NCBI GenBank assembly: GCA_951406725.2
Contig: OX597816.1
Span: 51,956,001-52,020,000 of the forward strand
Reading direction: 5' to 3'
Length of the DNA stretch: 64,000 nucleotides
Source of the DNA: Octopus vulgaris
Taxonomy: Eukaryota
Both the position numbers and the translations under genes were made by a program. A model generated the notes under the pieces. The model had not been told where the DNA came from and ran no database searches. It was given only the letters and a program-made list of their open reading frames with translations. Below, one piece after another: positions 27,313-41,747 of this stretch (position 1 is its first letter; every line of letters begins with the position of its first letter).

Positions 27313-28108
27313 TTTTTCCTACTGTTGGGGGTGGATGTGGTGTGTGAAGTTTGGCATTTGTCAAGAGTTTTTTTAAAGATTTGTGTTGCCTTTTGCATTT
27401 GAGGATTTTGTGTGTATTTATAATGTTTTTCATTTTTGGGTCTGTTGACAGTAGACTGAGGTTTTGTATGATTGTGGTGTATGCTTCGATATTTTTGGGG
27501 TTGTGGGTGGAAATGTATGGAAGTATTTTGAGGTTGTGTGTGGTGTTAGGTTGGGTGGTTTTCAGTGTAGTGTTGTCTAGTTCTTTGGCGCGTTTTATTC
27601 CATACTCTATAAGGGTGGAGAGATATTGACGTTGTAATAGTGTTTTTTTGAGGTCTTGAAGGCGTATTTCTCGTGTTTTTGGATCCGAGACAATGGTGCA
27701 TACCCTTTTAGCTAAATTGAAAGGGATATTTGTCTTGGTGTGTTTTGGGTGGCATGAACTAAAGAGGAGGTATTGTTGTGAGTCTGTAGGTTTGTGGTAG
27801 ATGTCTGTTATGATTTCGTTCTTAGGTGTTTTTATAATTAGGAGATCAAGGAATGGGAGATGATGTTTGCTTAATTCCATAGTGAATTGGATGTTGGGAT
27901 GTATGTTGTTTAGTATGGTTTTGAATTCCAGGAGTTTTTCATAAGGTTCTTTCCATATGATGAAACAATCATCTAAATACCTTTTCCAGTTTTCAATTAG
28001 GTAGGTGTGGAAAACATGTCCAAATTTCTGGCTTGATATTTCATAGAGTGACAGTTCGAAGTAACCCATTATGAGGTTCGCAAGGACTGGTGCAGCCTTG
28101 GTACCCAT
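27308..28108 (-). pseudogene. PLE reverse transcriptase, C-terminal part
   Basis: MGT..AP..ANL.M, WKRYLDD, LPFLD, YHKPTD, SCHP motifs. Confidence 0.93.
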
Positions 28109-29217
28109 CGCAATGCCACATTTTTGACGGTAGTGTGTGTCGTCGAAGAGAAAAAATTGTTTGTCAGAATGAACTTGAGAGATTCTGTAATAAAAGACTT
28201 GTTAATGCGGTCAGGGAATGTCTCTGGGTGTTTTTCTAGCCAGAAGTCAATTGCCTCTATACCATACTCATGTGGAATGTTGGTGTAGAGGTTGATGACA
28301 TCAAAGGATACCAGGAGTGCCTCCTCGTTAACTGTTTTCGGGAGGTGTTTGAGCATGTCCAGATCATCCCTAATGAAACTTTTGATGTGGGTAAGGAAAG
28401 GTTTCAAAAGGATGTCTAGGAAGTTACTCAGGCGGTGTGTTTCACAGGAGGTACCAGCCACGATGGGCCTTAGTTTTAGGTCCTCTGGTGCTTTGATGTT
28501 GATGTGGATGTCAGTGGAGAGTTTGCAGGCTTCGGTGATGTATTTGTTTTTATGGATTTTAGGAAGGCCATAAAAAAGGCTGGGCTTGCATTTGAAAATG
28601 GTGATATAATCCCTTTCTTTTTCTGTGAGTCCCTGACCGTGTTGGCGTATGAGTGTGGTAAGGTTTCTGATTGTTTTTTGCTGTTTGTAGTTGTTAATAA
28701 CCTCATAGAAAATGTTATTGTTAAGCATGGAAAACACTAGGTGTTTATAAAATTCCGTGTCCATAAGGACCACAGCACTCCCTTTGTCCGCTTCTTTGAT
28801 GGTGAGGTTTTTATCCAGTTGTATGTCACGTAGGTTTTCCCATTCTTCCTTACTGAAATTGGATTTTACCTTGGTTTTGCTTGGGGTAAAGGGGAGACTC
28901 TGGATGTGTTTGCAGAAATCGTCCAGTGTTTTATTTCTCCCTTTTGGTGGTAGGAAGTTGCTTTTATTTCTGATCAATGAATCGTCCCCATTGTTGATAT
29001 CTGTCAAAGCTTCTGTTAGGCGAAGTTTTCTGCAGAATTCAGAAACGTCATCCTTGACCTCCGGGGGGTTTGGTGTTCTTGGGGTGGGTGTGAATTTCAA
29101 ACCTCTTGCTAGGATGTTGATTTGGGTTGGTGTCAGTGTCTTGCTGGAGAGGTTTATAATTTTTGTTTTCTTATTTTGGGTCTGTGTTAGCGGTGGTGTT
29201 TGTATTTTCCCCTCTGT
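28069..29217 (-). pseudogene. PLE reverse transcriptase, N-terminal part
   Basis: IINLS..GLKFTPTP, ADKG, YGLPKIHK, LRPIV, SFDV.NLYTNIP motifs; frame open from 29217; frameshift near 28130. Confidence 0.93.
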
Positions 29218-29760
29218 CTAAAAAATGGTTGTTGAGGTAAGGGGTGTATTCTTTGTTAAAGTTCTGGTTGTATGTGTAGGAGTGTTTTTGGGTGGGGAGG
29301 TTGGAGGGGGGTAGGTAGTTGTCGTTTTTGTGTTGGTATGGGATGCGATGGTGTAAGGATTTGTGAGAAATGCGATGGGTTTGTGGGTGTGTGTCTGGTA
29401 GATTGTATGGGGGGATGTAGGGGGTATGTAGTTGTGGTGATTGGGTTCGTGTGGGATGTGAGGGTTTGGAGATCTGTAGGAGATGTGGTAGGAATGTGGT
29501 TGTAGGATGGGTGGACTATAGGGGGTTCGTTGGGTGGGTATTATATGTATCGGTGTGGGTAGGATGCCTTGTTTGTTATTAGTGTGAGGGAGGGGAGCCT
29601 TGAGGGGGGATAATTTCTAGTGTATGGGAGGTTCTTGAAGGTTCTAATCGGTGGGGGAGGGGTGTTAGAGTGATTGGAAAACCAGGTTTTGTGGTGGGTC
29701 TTGTTTGAGATGTTTCGGGGGGAAAAGGTTTTTTATATGGTTGGGGGAGGTTGTGTCCTG

Positions 29761-30675
29761 TTAGGAGGGGGTTTGGAGAGTATGTGTATTTGAGGTGCGG
29801 TTTGGAATGGTGTTTATGGGTGCAGTGGAAGTCTGTGTTGTGGGTACTTTTATGAATGGGTTTTGGGATTTATGGTTTAATATGAATTGTGTTTCATAGT
29901 TGAGGAAGAAATCTTTGTTGTTTTCCCAGCGTTTAAGGGAGGTTCGTTCTTCCTTTTCACATTCATCTTTCCATAGTTTAATAACAAGTTCGAGGGGCTG
30001 TTCGTTGGTGTGTGAGGTTAGTTCTAGAAGTATCTCATCGTCTATTTTTGTGTATTTTTGTTCGTGGTTTTGTGCTCTGAGTTTTAGAAGTTCTACTTCG
30101 GTTTTCATTTTTTCCAATGTTAGTTTTTCTCTTAGGGAGCGTTGTTTTTCAGGTTCGTCTGGGATGTGTTTGATTTGGAATTTTCGGGGTAGTATGATAG
30201 GGGAGGAGTTTAACCATTTGTCGTAAATTTCAGCTTCGTTTTGGTTTTTGAGCATGTTCCAGAAGAGAAGTTTTCTGTTGTGTAGTTTCTTAGTCCAAGT
30301 AGTGATGATCTGGTTTTTAATGCGTTGTGCTGGGGTTGAAGTGTGTTCCTTCTGTGTGTTGAGTGGTGTCTGAGGTCTCTTTGGCGTTGAATTGGTAAGT
30401 AGAGTTTTCAGTGTATTGTTGATTTCATTTAGGTTTACATCTATCTTATCCGAAAGTAGAGTTTTCAGTGTAGTGTTGATTTCGTTTAGGTTTACATCAA
30501 TTTTATCCGAAAGTTGTTGATGATGGTTGTTTTCTGAGTTGTCCCGGGATTGATGGAGAAGTTCGTCAATTTTTTTGGAGAATGTAAGTAGATGTGTATT
30601 GAGTACTTTGAGTTCTTTTAGAATGGTCTTATTGGTGACTGTCTCTGTAAGAGTGCTCTTGTTTTTCGGAGGCAT
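29761..30675 (-). CDS. Upstream ORF1 of the PLE (304 aa, predicted coiled-coil, function unknown)
   Basis: ATG 28 nt after the 5' pLTR; K/E/L-rich; duplicated LSDKIDVNLNEIN.TLKTL; followed by a frame-broken Pro/Thr-rich stretch to ~29220. Confidence 0.7.
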   Translation of the reverse strand: MPPKNKSTLTETVTNKTILKELKVLNTHLLTFSKKIDELLHQSRDNSENNHHQQLSDKIDVNLNEINTTLKTLLSDKIDVNLNEINNTLKTLLTNSTPKRPQTPLNTQKEHTSTPAQRIKNQIITTWTKKLHNRKLLFWNMLKNQNEAEIYDKWLNSSPIILPRKFQIKHIPDEPEKQRSLREKLTLEKMKTEVELLKLRAQNHEQKYTKIDDEILLELTSHTNEQPLELVIKLWKDECEKEERTSLKRWENNKDFFLNYETQFILNHKSQNPFIKVPTTQTSTAPINTIPNRTSNTHTLQTPS

Positions 30676-30843
30676 TCTGAATCACACGTGTGGTAGAGGG
30701 TACAGATCAATAAATGTTGGGGTTGTGTTGACCGCACGTGGAGAAATGATAAGTAAGGAAAAATTTTTTTTTAAATGCAGAATGCTCAAATGAAAGAAAA
30801 TTTTAATAAAATGAGAAATTGATAAAATATATAAATATATATT

Positions 30844-30884
30844 TATTCAACCGGTTTTCGTCATTGTATGACTTGTCAAGAATA
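30844..30884 (-). ncRNA. Variant minimal hammerhead in the 5' pLTR (U3-A8 core)
   Basis: Identical to 26239-26279. Confidence 0.55.
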
Positions 30885-31014
30885 TTTATGTTTTAAAAAG
30901 TTTTTTTAAAAATTAGAAAGGGGAAAAAAGAAAATTGCATTGTTTTTTGTAAAAGAATAATGATAAAAATGTACAAAAATTAAAAAATAAGTTCTCCGAA
31001 AAATTTTTCCTTAC

Positions 31015-31053
<39 letters not shown>

Positions 31054-32730
31054 GTGTGTGTGTGTGTGTGAAACCCCATCACCTAAACTGTATAATTGGG
31101 TGGATTTAAATCTTAATTTTAGGGCTCAACATAAACAAGTATACGACTCATGTTTTAATTTCAAATACTCCCTTAATAGGATATGTAGTGGGAAGCACTG
31201 TCAGATATCATTAAGTCGTTCAATATCCAAATGCATCTAAACAGGATTTCTGCAAAATTCCTACATGTAAAGTACTTGAGCGCTTCTGCATAACATTGAA
31301 GGAATGAAATTATTTGAAACATGTATCGGAGTTAGTTAAGGCTTCCCACTGCTACCAGGCATTTTCAATCAATTTCAGGAGCCAACCATGACAGATGCTC
31401 TAAAGGGTTTCGTGGCAGAACAATAACCGCCATTCCTTTTGTGTTTTTAATATATTTTTTAGTTGATTCTAAATTCAAATAACGTAATATCACGCAGAGC
31501 CTCAATATTACTTGAAGTGGGTACTGCATGGAAATCAACCACGAAAAAGAAAAACAAGTCATGTTGATAGAACAACAGCATGTAGGACAAATAAACTATA
31601 ATACCAACGTAGATGCAGTTCAAATCATGACATTCAGTTGGAATATGTGGACACATACACCTAGTGGGATTTGTGTACGTGAGTGCGTATGTGTTTCCTT
31701 GGGTGTATGTGTTCTTCTGTGTGTGTGCGTGCGTTTGTGTCTCTGTGTTTGCGCTTATAACGAAAATGTATCAAACGACCTGGGGTAAAGAAATGAATTG
31801 ACATAGCAAAAGCTCATTTATCATAGATGACTAGTGTACGGAACAGCAAAACCATTGCAGTATTTGATACCTGAAACTTCTGTTGAATAGACAAGTGTCA
31901 AAGTTATATGAGAAAGAATCTTGAGAGGAAATTATCAAAATGTGAATGGAATGCTTCTACAGTATTCTTAAATCGTTGAAATTATTCGTAGAAAAACTAC
32001 GGGACCAACTAGTAAATCTTAGAAGAACTTAATGCATAAACAGAAAGGCTGGAATAAACAGCAGGACGGAGAAAAATGCAGTGGTCCAGTCACATTAGTA
32101 GACTGACTGGGTCGCTTAAAAAAAGCATACTATAATAAAACAAAAAAAAAAGTGGGAAATGAAAGAGAGATGACTCAATAATATGCACACGTGAGCTAGG
32201 AGTAAAAGGCTGAAATGCATAGAGAGCAGCAACAAGAAGTGTGTTTAGGTATACGAATGGCAGAAATAGTACTGGCACAATTTTACTCGATAAAGTGATG
32301 CTTAATAGAGTGATGAGAAATTTCAAAAAGAAAAAAACCTACACCAATTTATTCAACCTTTATATCAGGTATTTCAATGCTCTCCCTTACGAAAGGATTG
32401 CTTAAGTTAAGTTTCATGAATTTTGTCTAGGGTGTTCTAGGTATAAGTAACTTGTCTTTATGTAAATAACAAAAATATACTTGTTGTGCATCGATTGATG
32501 CCCGAATACACCTTTTCTCTTTAGTTGTCTCAGCAAAAGAGCTCTGTTATAATTTAAACTCATTGTAGGATATAAGTTTCGTATACAGAGCAAATATTTG
32601 AATAAATAAAGAAGTATTTGTTGTTTTCTTTCATTGACACATTCACCTAATAAATCCTTCCATTTCTTTTTCATTGTCCTTCTCTTTTTTCTTCCTCTCT
32701 GCATCTCTTTTTCATTATCACAGATACACA

Positions 32731-32772
<42 letters not shown>

Positions 32773-32875
32773 TTTATTGTTGAATTTCTGCTGCTTTTAA
32801 CTAAAGCATATTACTCTACCCCTGGTATTTGAGAACTCTTTTTTCCACCTTGTTTCACATTTATGTGTTTACTCC

Positions 32876-32914
<39 letters not shown>

Positions 32915-32917
<3 letters not shown>

Positions 32918-33070
32918 AAATAAGTTAGGGGCTGTGGATCCAACCCTCTAAGGGATAATACTTATCCAATATACTTTTGGTATACTACCGTAGTTTTTTT
33001 AATTAAATAAGACAACATTCTAATATCCTAAAGCTGATAAACCAACTAATGTGTTTCTCCATGTTCTTAT
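32915..33070. repeat. Fragment related to the 57980-58545 PLE-like repeat end
   Basis: AAGTTAG..TGTG.ATCCAACC..CTAAGGGATAATA..TATCCAATATACT..TGGTA is shared with 57988-58050; sits between TA tracts. Confidence 0.6.
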
Positions 33071-33253
33071 TTATATATATAGCAGCACCTGCTTCTATGA
33101 TAGTGGCAACTGGGCACCACCATTGCCTACGCAATTAACAGTGACAATGGCAGCGATACCAGCGGCAGCAGCAACAGTAACGAACTCGGCAGTAACAGCC
33201 ATGATAATGACAGCAACAACAACAGCTGCACCACCACCAGTACAAAAGCACAG

Positions 33254-33575
33254 ACACAGGAATATGTTGGATCAACCGAGGGCTCATTCAAAAATCGTCT
33301 TAACAATCATGGGTCGACTTTTAAAACACCAAACAGGTTCAACATCACATCTCTGGCCAGCTAGATATGGCGTTTAAAAGCGGAGGATATACCATACAGG
33401 ATCAAATGGGGACCTCTAGAACAACCGGAACAGTATTTCAACGGGAGCAAACGATGTAAGCCTCAGTTGGCCGAGAGAGCAAGAATCCAGAAAACTCCTT
33501 TTGTGCGGGGACCTCAAACCCTAACAAAGATGTATTTAGTCGATGCCCTCATCGGAGGAAATTCATGTTGAAAAC
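33254..33575 (+). pseudogene. GIY-YIG endonuclease remnant of a second PLE lineage
   Basis: Manual translation: EYVGSTEGSFKNRLNNHGSTFK..TSLAS*IWRLK..YRIKW..YFNGSKRC..(shift)NKDVFSRCPHRRKFML. Confidence 0.75.
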
Positions 33576-33763
33576 ACGGAATTCCTCGTTTACCAACTAG
33601 GTAAAAGAATCGAGTATAAGCTGACCCGTTTTAGACGCAACTGGAACTGATCTGAGAGGGATGACTTCACCTCACACACACTTATCACCAGTAGAATTTC
33701 GTTCAGTGGAACTGAACCCGAAACCATGTGGTTCGTAAGCAAACTACTTACCACACAACCACT

Positions 33764-33871
<108 letters not shown>

Positions 33872-34149
33872 AGAGAGAGAGAGAAGGACATACACATACA
33901 TATATGCATGTTAGGCGGATAGACTAGCGGTCAGGATGCTACAGTCACGATCTTGCTATCGTGATTTCAATTCTTACATCAGGTGCTGAGCAGTATTCTT
34001 GAGCAAAATCACTTTAGCTTACGTTGGTCTGTGATCACTTCGACACCTGACGCACTTGTCCGGCATGAAATTGCAGAACCGTCTTTCTCGATATACTCTT
34101 GACTACTACCGTATATATGCATGTGTGTGTAGGTATGAATGTTTTTTTT

Positions 34150-34449
34150 ATTTTATGCGCCCTTTTTTAATCCTAACCACGCTCATGGACCCGGTCTCCC
34201 GGTTTCTATGGCGTATGTATTCCCCCCAGCTGTACGGGACACAAGTCCATCGCAGCGTTACTCAAGAAAGAGGAAGAAAGAGTGAGAGAAAGTTGTGGCG
34301 AAATAGTACAACAGGGGTCACCACCACCCCCTGCCGGAGCCTCGTGGAGCTTTAGGTGTTTTCGCTCAATAACCACACACTACGCTCGGTCTGGGCGATC
34401 CTTCGACCGCAAGTCCGTTACCCTAACCCCTGGACCATTGCGCGTCCAC
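34150..34449 (-). mobile_element. tRNA-derived SINE family C, tail type 1
   Basis: Minus-strand head GCAATGGTCCAGGGGTTAGGG; body shared with 36080-36267; tail shared with 36355-36475. Confidence 0.8.
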
Positions 34450-34667
34450 ATGTATGAATGTATAAATAATTAAAATAGAGGGTAGAAATAAAGAAGAATA
34501 GCTTTAACTAAATTGATAGCAATAGGAAGAGCATTCCGGAAAAAGTGAATATCTTTTACGAAATGTTTTCCTTTTATTTTTCCTATAAATTGTATATTAC
34601 AAAGCGTTCTTCTTAAGAATTATGTATTAAACTATATCACACACACACATACATGCACACACTGACA

Positions 34668-34719
<52 letters not shown>

Positions 34720-34741
34720 ATACGTACATACATACATACAT

Positions 34742-34868
<127 letters not shown>

Positions 34869-35957
34869 CATTTATAGAAATACATATACATATGCAGGTA
34901 TTAAAGGAAACCAAAGGCGTCATGGTAAATAGATAGGGGAAAATAATCTGCTGCATTTTAGTTTGGTTTAGTTACTTGCAATTTACACACTCATGCATGC
35001 ATGTGTGTGTGTCTGTGTATGTGTGTGTGTATGTGTGTGTGTGTGTGTGCAAGTGTGTGCTTACCTGTGTGTATATGTGTGCTCGTTTGTACGTGCACAT
35101 GATTACGTATGCTCACAAATACGCCGTTTATGTTTTACTGCGTCTATAATACTAAGGAACCTACTTTAAGATAAAATAGCGTTAATATACCGTTTAGGGT
35201 ATATGATTCTGAAAGTTAACTGAGAACGTTGAAAAACTCGTTACCTTGATAATATCTTAATCGTTGTCACTCAAAGCATTTTCCTCTCGTCATCCGAATA
35301 CCACTTTGGGGGTTTTATCATTTCTTGAAATCTAAGAGGCAGCGATTTCCTTAGCTTGCTGCGAACATTTGATTCGATAATACGTGAAACGCTGGTAGCA
35401 TTAATTCTCGACTACGTCAATTGTTGGTAAATGAAGCTTTCTAAACTCCAATAAAGGAATGAATACGCGTCAAGATGTTGATGGATCCTGCATCGATTTC
35501 GACGAAGAGTAGTCAGTTGTTCCGCCCACTGAATTTTCACTCGGTGAATTAATGTTAGTGTCTGAATGTTCCACTGATATATTTAGCCTTCACATAATTC
35601 TCAGGTGGATTCGGCGTAGAACGAGGTGACTAGGTTTTTGAATTTCATGTATGATACAAGTAGTAAGAATGACAAGGCAATCCACCCCGCAGATAAAAAA
35701 TACAATTGGCTTGGATTCGAATTCACAGACAAGAGAACAGAAATGAATACCACATGGAATTCTATGTGACACTTTAGCCAGTCTGCCACATTTACAAACA
35801 AACTTCTATGTAAGACCATTCCAGCAATTAAAAACAGCAGCCAAATAGCAACACATGACACCATCATAAATAGTAAATACTAGAGAGTACAACCGACTAC
35901 TGCATTTTGCTTTAAATCTCGTGAGTAAAAGTATTGCAAAATTTGCTTTATATATAT

Positions 35958-36267
35958 CAACGTGATCACCGTCACCAACCAGGCTACCAGATGTTGCTAC
36001 ACATCGCTGGTCACAATGCGTTTCGCATTGTTTTAGCCTTTAAATGACGCCACCCCGCTGGCTAAGCGAGCAGGCGAACAAAAGAAAGAGGGAGAGAAAG
36101 TTGTGGCGAATGAGTACAGCAGGGATCGCCCCCCCCCCTGCCGGAGCCTCGTGGAGCTTTAGGCGTTTTCGCTCAATAAACATTCACAACGCCCGGTCTG
36201 TGAATCGAAACCGCGATCCTACGACCGCGAGTTCGCTGCCCTAACCACTGAGCCATTGCACCTCCAC
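35958..36267 (-). mobile_element. SINE family C, tail type 2
   Basis: Head GCAATGGCTCAGTGGTTAGGG..GGTTTCGATTC; same body as 34270-34449 but a different 3' end. Confidence 0.8.
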
Positions 36268-36285
36268 ACACACACAAGCACACAC

Positions 36286-36353
<68 letters not shown>

Positions 36354-36354
36354 T

Positions 36355-36475
36355 ATTTATGCGCCCTTTTTCAAGCCCAGCCAGGACCATGGGCCCGGTT
36401 TCCCGGTTTCTGTGGCGTATGTGTTCCCCCCACCTGGACGGGACTATAGTCCATCGCAGCGTTACTCAAGAAACA
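36355..36475 (-). mobile_element. SINE family C tail type 1 fragment
   Basis: Matches 34150-34270. Confidence 0.75.
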
Positions 36476-36601
36476 GACACATAAGCACACACACACAAAC
36501 ACACACACACAAACACACACACACAAGCACACACACACACACACACACATACACACACACGTGTATATATGTCATGCTGAAATGTTAATCCCTACATGAG
36601 T

Positions 36602-37816
<1,215 letters not shown>

Positions 37817-37819
<3 letters not shown>

Positions 37820-37890
37820 GCGGAGGCCTACCACACGCCGATGATAGGCAATACACCTTGAAACCATGGTCCGTGTGTGGTTTCCGCTTC
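37817..37890 (+). ncRNA. Type-I hammerhead, U4C variant, long stem I
   Basis: GAAGCGGA..CACACG CCGATGA TAGG-CAATACA-CCTT GAAA CCATGG TC CGTGTG..TCCGCTTC; GUC site at 37869-37871. Confidence 0.75.
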
Positions 37891-38175
37891 ATCGGGAAAT
37901 TACCTCCCTTTGCAGGTTTAGGGCACCGTGACGGTGTCGAGCCTTTCTGGTGACGTCGATGTTCGCCTGGGGCTAAATGCAACAGTAACACCCCCACCAC
38001 CCTGCCCTGTCCCTAGCCATATTCAGATGGCTTTAGTCCCTTATGTTATCGAGCAGTTACTGTCTATATCCCTTTTAGAGAATTATTATTGCTTTCGAAC
38101 AGATTCTCGAAATCAGCAAATGTATTTTGCTTGAAAATCTATATAAGAAATCCTGCACAGTGAGAATTCGTCGAG

Positions 38176-38249
38176 GAAGCGGAGGCCTACCACACGCCGA
38201 TGATAGGCAATACACCTTGAAACCATGGTCCGTGTGTGGTTTCCGCTTC
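38176..38249 (+). ncRNA. Type-I hammerhead, U4C variant (copy 2)
   Basis: Identical to copy 1. Confidence 0.75.
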
Positions 38250-38534
38250 ATCGGGGAATTACCTCCCTTTGCAGGTTTAGGGCACCGTGACGGTGTCGAG
38301 CCTTTCTGGTGACGTCGATGTTCGCCTGGGGCTAAATGCAACAGTAACACCCCCACCACCCTGCCCTGTCCCTAGCCATATTCAGATGGCTTTAGTCCCT
38401 TATGTTATCGAGCAGTTACTGTCTATATCCCTTTTAGAGAATTATTATTGCTTTCGAACAGATTTTCGAAATCAGCAAATGTATTTTGCTTGAAAATCTA
38501 TATAAGAAATCCTGCACAGTGAGAATTCGTCGAG

Positions 38535-38608
38535 GAAGCGGAGGCCTACCACACGCCGATGATAGGCAATACACCTTGAAACCATGGTCCGTGTGTGGTT
38601 TCCGCTTC
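38535..38608 (+). ncRNA. Type-I hammerhead, U4C variant (copy 3)
   Basis: Identical to copy 1. Confidence 0.75.
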
Positions 38609-38809
38609 ATCGGGGAATTACCTCCCTTTGCAGGTTTAGGGCACCGTGACGGTGTCGAGCCTTTCTGGTGACGTCGATGTTCGCCTGGGGCTAAATGCAA
38701 CAGTAACACCCCCACCACCCTGCCCTGTCCCTAGCCATATTCAGATGGCTTTAGTCCCTTATGTTATCGAGCAGTTACTGTCTATATCCCTTTTAGAGAA
38801 TTATTATTG

Positions 38810-38846
<37 letters not shown>

Positions 38847-38850
<4 letters not shown>

Positions 38851-39068
38851 TACATACATATACATACGTACATACATAAATGCATACATACACACATAGA
38901 TACATATATACCAAAAATAACTCTGCCGGAATGTGAGTAAAGGAAATCTTTTCAATAAAAAATATGCTTATGTCAAGGACTAATCTGTTAGAAGTTGCAC
39001 TTCACTGTATATATAATTACGTCCATTTGTCCAATTCAGGAGCAGCAGCAGCAGCAGCAGCAGGAGTT

Positions 39069-39107
<39 letters not shown>

Positions 39108-39750
39108 ATAGTAGTAGTAGTAGTACCACGCTGATTTCACATGAGAACTACATAACTACGAGTACATACACGCTGTTTCAATGAACGTGATAGCTAAGTG
39201 TTCAAACAGCCAAAAATTAGTCTTTACAGTTATTTTATACTTTTGATACCCAATTCATTGTTCTTCCGGTGAACTGATTCCTGTCCTCCCGAAGGACGTA
39301 CATTAACACTGACTGATGTATTAGAATTCACGATTCTAATACATCTGACAAAAGTTTGAAAACCTCACTGCTAATTTAAAATTGGATTGTTTAAACTTTT
39401 ATTTACTTCACTAAAAACTATTACATAATTTCTCCTCAGAATAGAAATACAAGTAAAATGCTAAAAAAATAACGAATGCTGTTAAAATGGTTTCTGACTT
39501 TGGCACGAGGCCAGCAATATCAAGAACAAGAACTTAGTCGGTATCCTCGAATCCATTTCTTTGCTGGTACGTAGTTATCCATCCCTGAGAGACTGAAAGA
39601 AAAGTTGGCTCTGGCAGGATTAAACTCAGAACCTAAAGATCTATGAATGCTCCTAAAATGCTGCTAAAATGAGCAATCATTTCTTTATGTCTGAATGTAT
39701 TTATAGGTATTTTCTGACTTTGACGTACAAATAGCGGGTTATTTGCTGAA
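38847..39750. repeat. Direct duplication, copy 2
   Basis: Near-identical to 36898-37819, with small indels and a different (GTA)n length. Confidence 0.95.
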
Positions 39751-40233
39751 ATAAATTCTTTATGCTTAATAATACGAACGCGTTAATAACATTCTACAAT
39801 AGGTTCTAATTCAATAAAATCTTTTCGTTGTGTTTTAAAAGTTTCAGTGTATAAGGAGTGTATAAGTAGTCGATTGAATGAATGGAATTCATTATGCATG
39901 GACAGTGTAGAAATAAAGTGCAAAATTTTCCTTATGACTTTATTTGAATACCTTAAGAAAAGAATGTATATAATTTATATGCGATATTTGGACCGAAACG
40001 AAGATATAGTAATTTTTGCATCAATTTTCTTCATAAAAAAATAGGGGAAAGCAAATATTATTCTAATTGTGTGGACAAGGTTAATATTTGATTTGATATG
40101 GTTAAGACCCATGTACCATAAGAAATAACGATAACTTCATTATCATATGCGGAAATTTACGAACATGTGTGCGTGGGTATATACTATATATACATATACA
40201 TAAATATACATATACATATACATATACATACAT

Positions 40234-40355
<122 letters not shown>

Positions 40356-40966
40356 CGAAAATGAAATAACAGATACCGCATATTATTTATTTGGTTTCAG
40401 GGAAGAAAAAAAACTGCAGCAATTTATTTATTATATTGACCATTGATGAAGTCAAAATATTTTCATCCTCCGTTTGGAACAGTGAATTACGACTGTAAAT
40501 AAAAGCAAAGCATCCTTTAGGTTTTCTTCTATTTTTGCTTTATTTGCTTTCCAGTTTCGATTTATTACTAGAATAGAGTAACATATAATCTATGATATAA
40601 CTACTTATTGAACCTTTTTCTCGTCTGGTAAGCAATTGCACCAAATAGATATTTCGAAGAGAGACCATTTATAATGGAAAGTTCTTATTCGTTTTACTCC
40701 ATTTCTTCAACTGATATGACTTGACCGGACAAACGGGAGCCATTTTAGTTTGTCTCCGATAAACGTTGAATCATATGGATTATACAACCTTGTAATATCG
40801 ATGATAACATAAAGAAACGGCTTTTATTACACACATACGTACGCCTGTATCTGAGTGTGCATATACATACATATATATGCATGCACACATACACATGCGC
40901 ACACACACAAACACACACACACATATATATATATATATGTATATATAAATACATACAAACGTATAT

Positions 40967-40997
<31 letters not shown>

Positions 40998-41033
40998 TTA
41001 TATATATATATACATATATACATATATACATAT

Positions 41034-41156
<123 letters not shown>

Positions 41157-41747
41157 TACATATTCAAGAAGCTGAAATAAAGTTTATAAGTTTTCCATTG
41201 ATCACATCTTGCTTTTCTTTGTCCATTGATTACTTTCACATTGTTATATGCCCGTATGATCATATAGCATTTAATGTACACCGTATTAAAATAAGAACTA
41301 CTACTAGTTTCATGTCATGGAGACATGATTATTCGACAGTTTTATATAGTGTGCCCTGAGACTCCAGGCAATTTTTCAGGCTCAGATGCACTGAAGCTGA
41401 AAAGATGCAGAGTAAGTCATATTATATAAATCGGTCGAATTACTGTGTCTTTAAGGTTTGAAATTTGAAGCAGTTCTTATTGTAAATACTGTGTACATGA
41501 AAATATATTTATCTCTCAAAAGCTGGAGTACTTTTTTGTTGATGCTAGCTATACGGGAACGTTACACTACATATTCATGTGTGTATGTGTGAGTATATGC
41601 ATAAGAGTGTATACGTTTGTATATCTGTATGCATAAGTCTACGTACGTGAATATATTCCTTTTGTGAGTGTGGATCAGTTTAACCACGTGGTCTAATGGC
41701 TCCACTGTGCAATGGGTGGTGTCCTTGTGTAAGACATTTCATTCACA

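Larger units (their letters stand above)
26099..31015 (-). mobile_element. Near full-length Penelope-like retroelement (Neptune-type)
   Basis: Near-identical ~300 bp direct repeats (pLTRs) at 26099-26398 and 30704-30998; short inverted piece at 30999-31015; RT and GIY-YIG coding regions; (TA)n on both sides. Confidence 0.95.
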
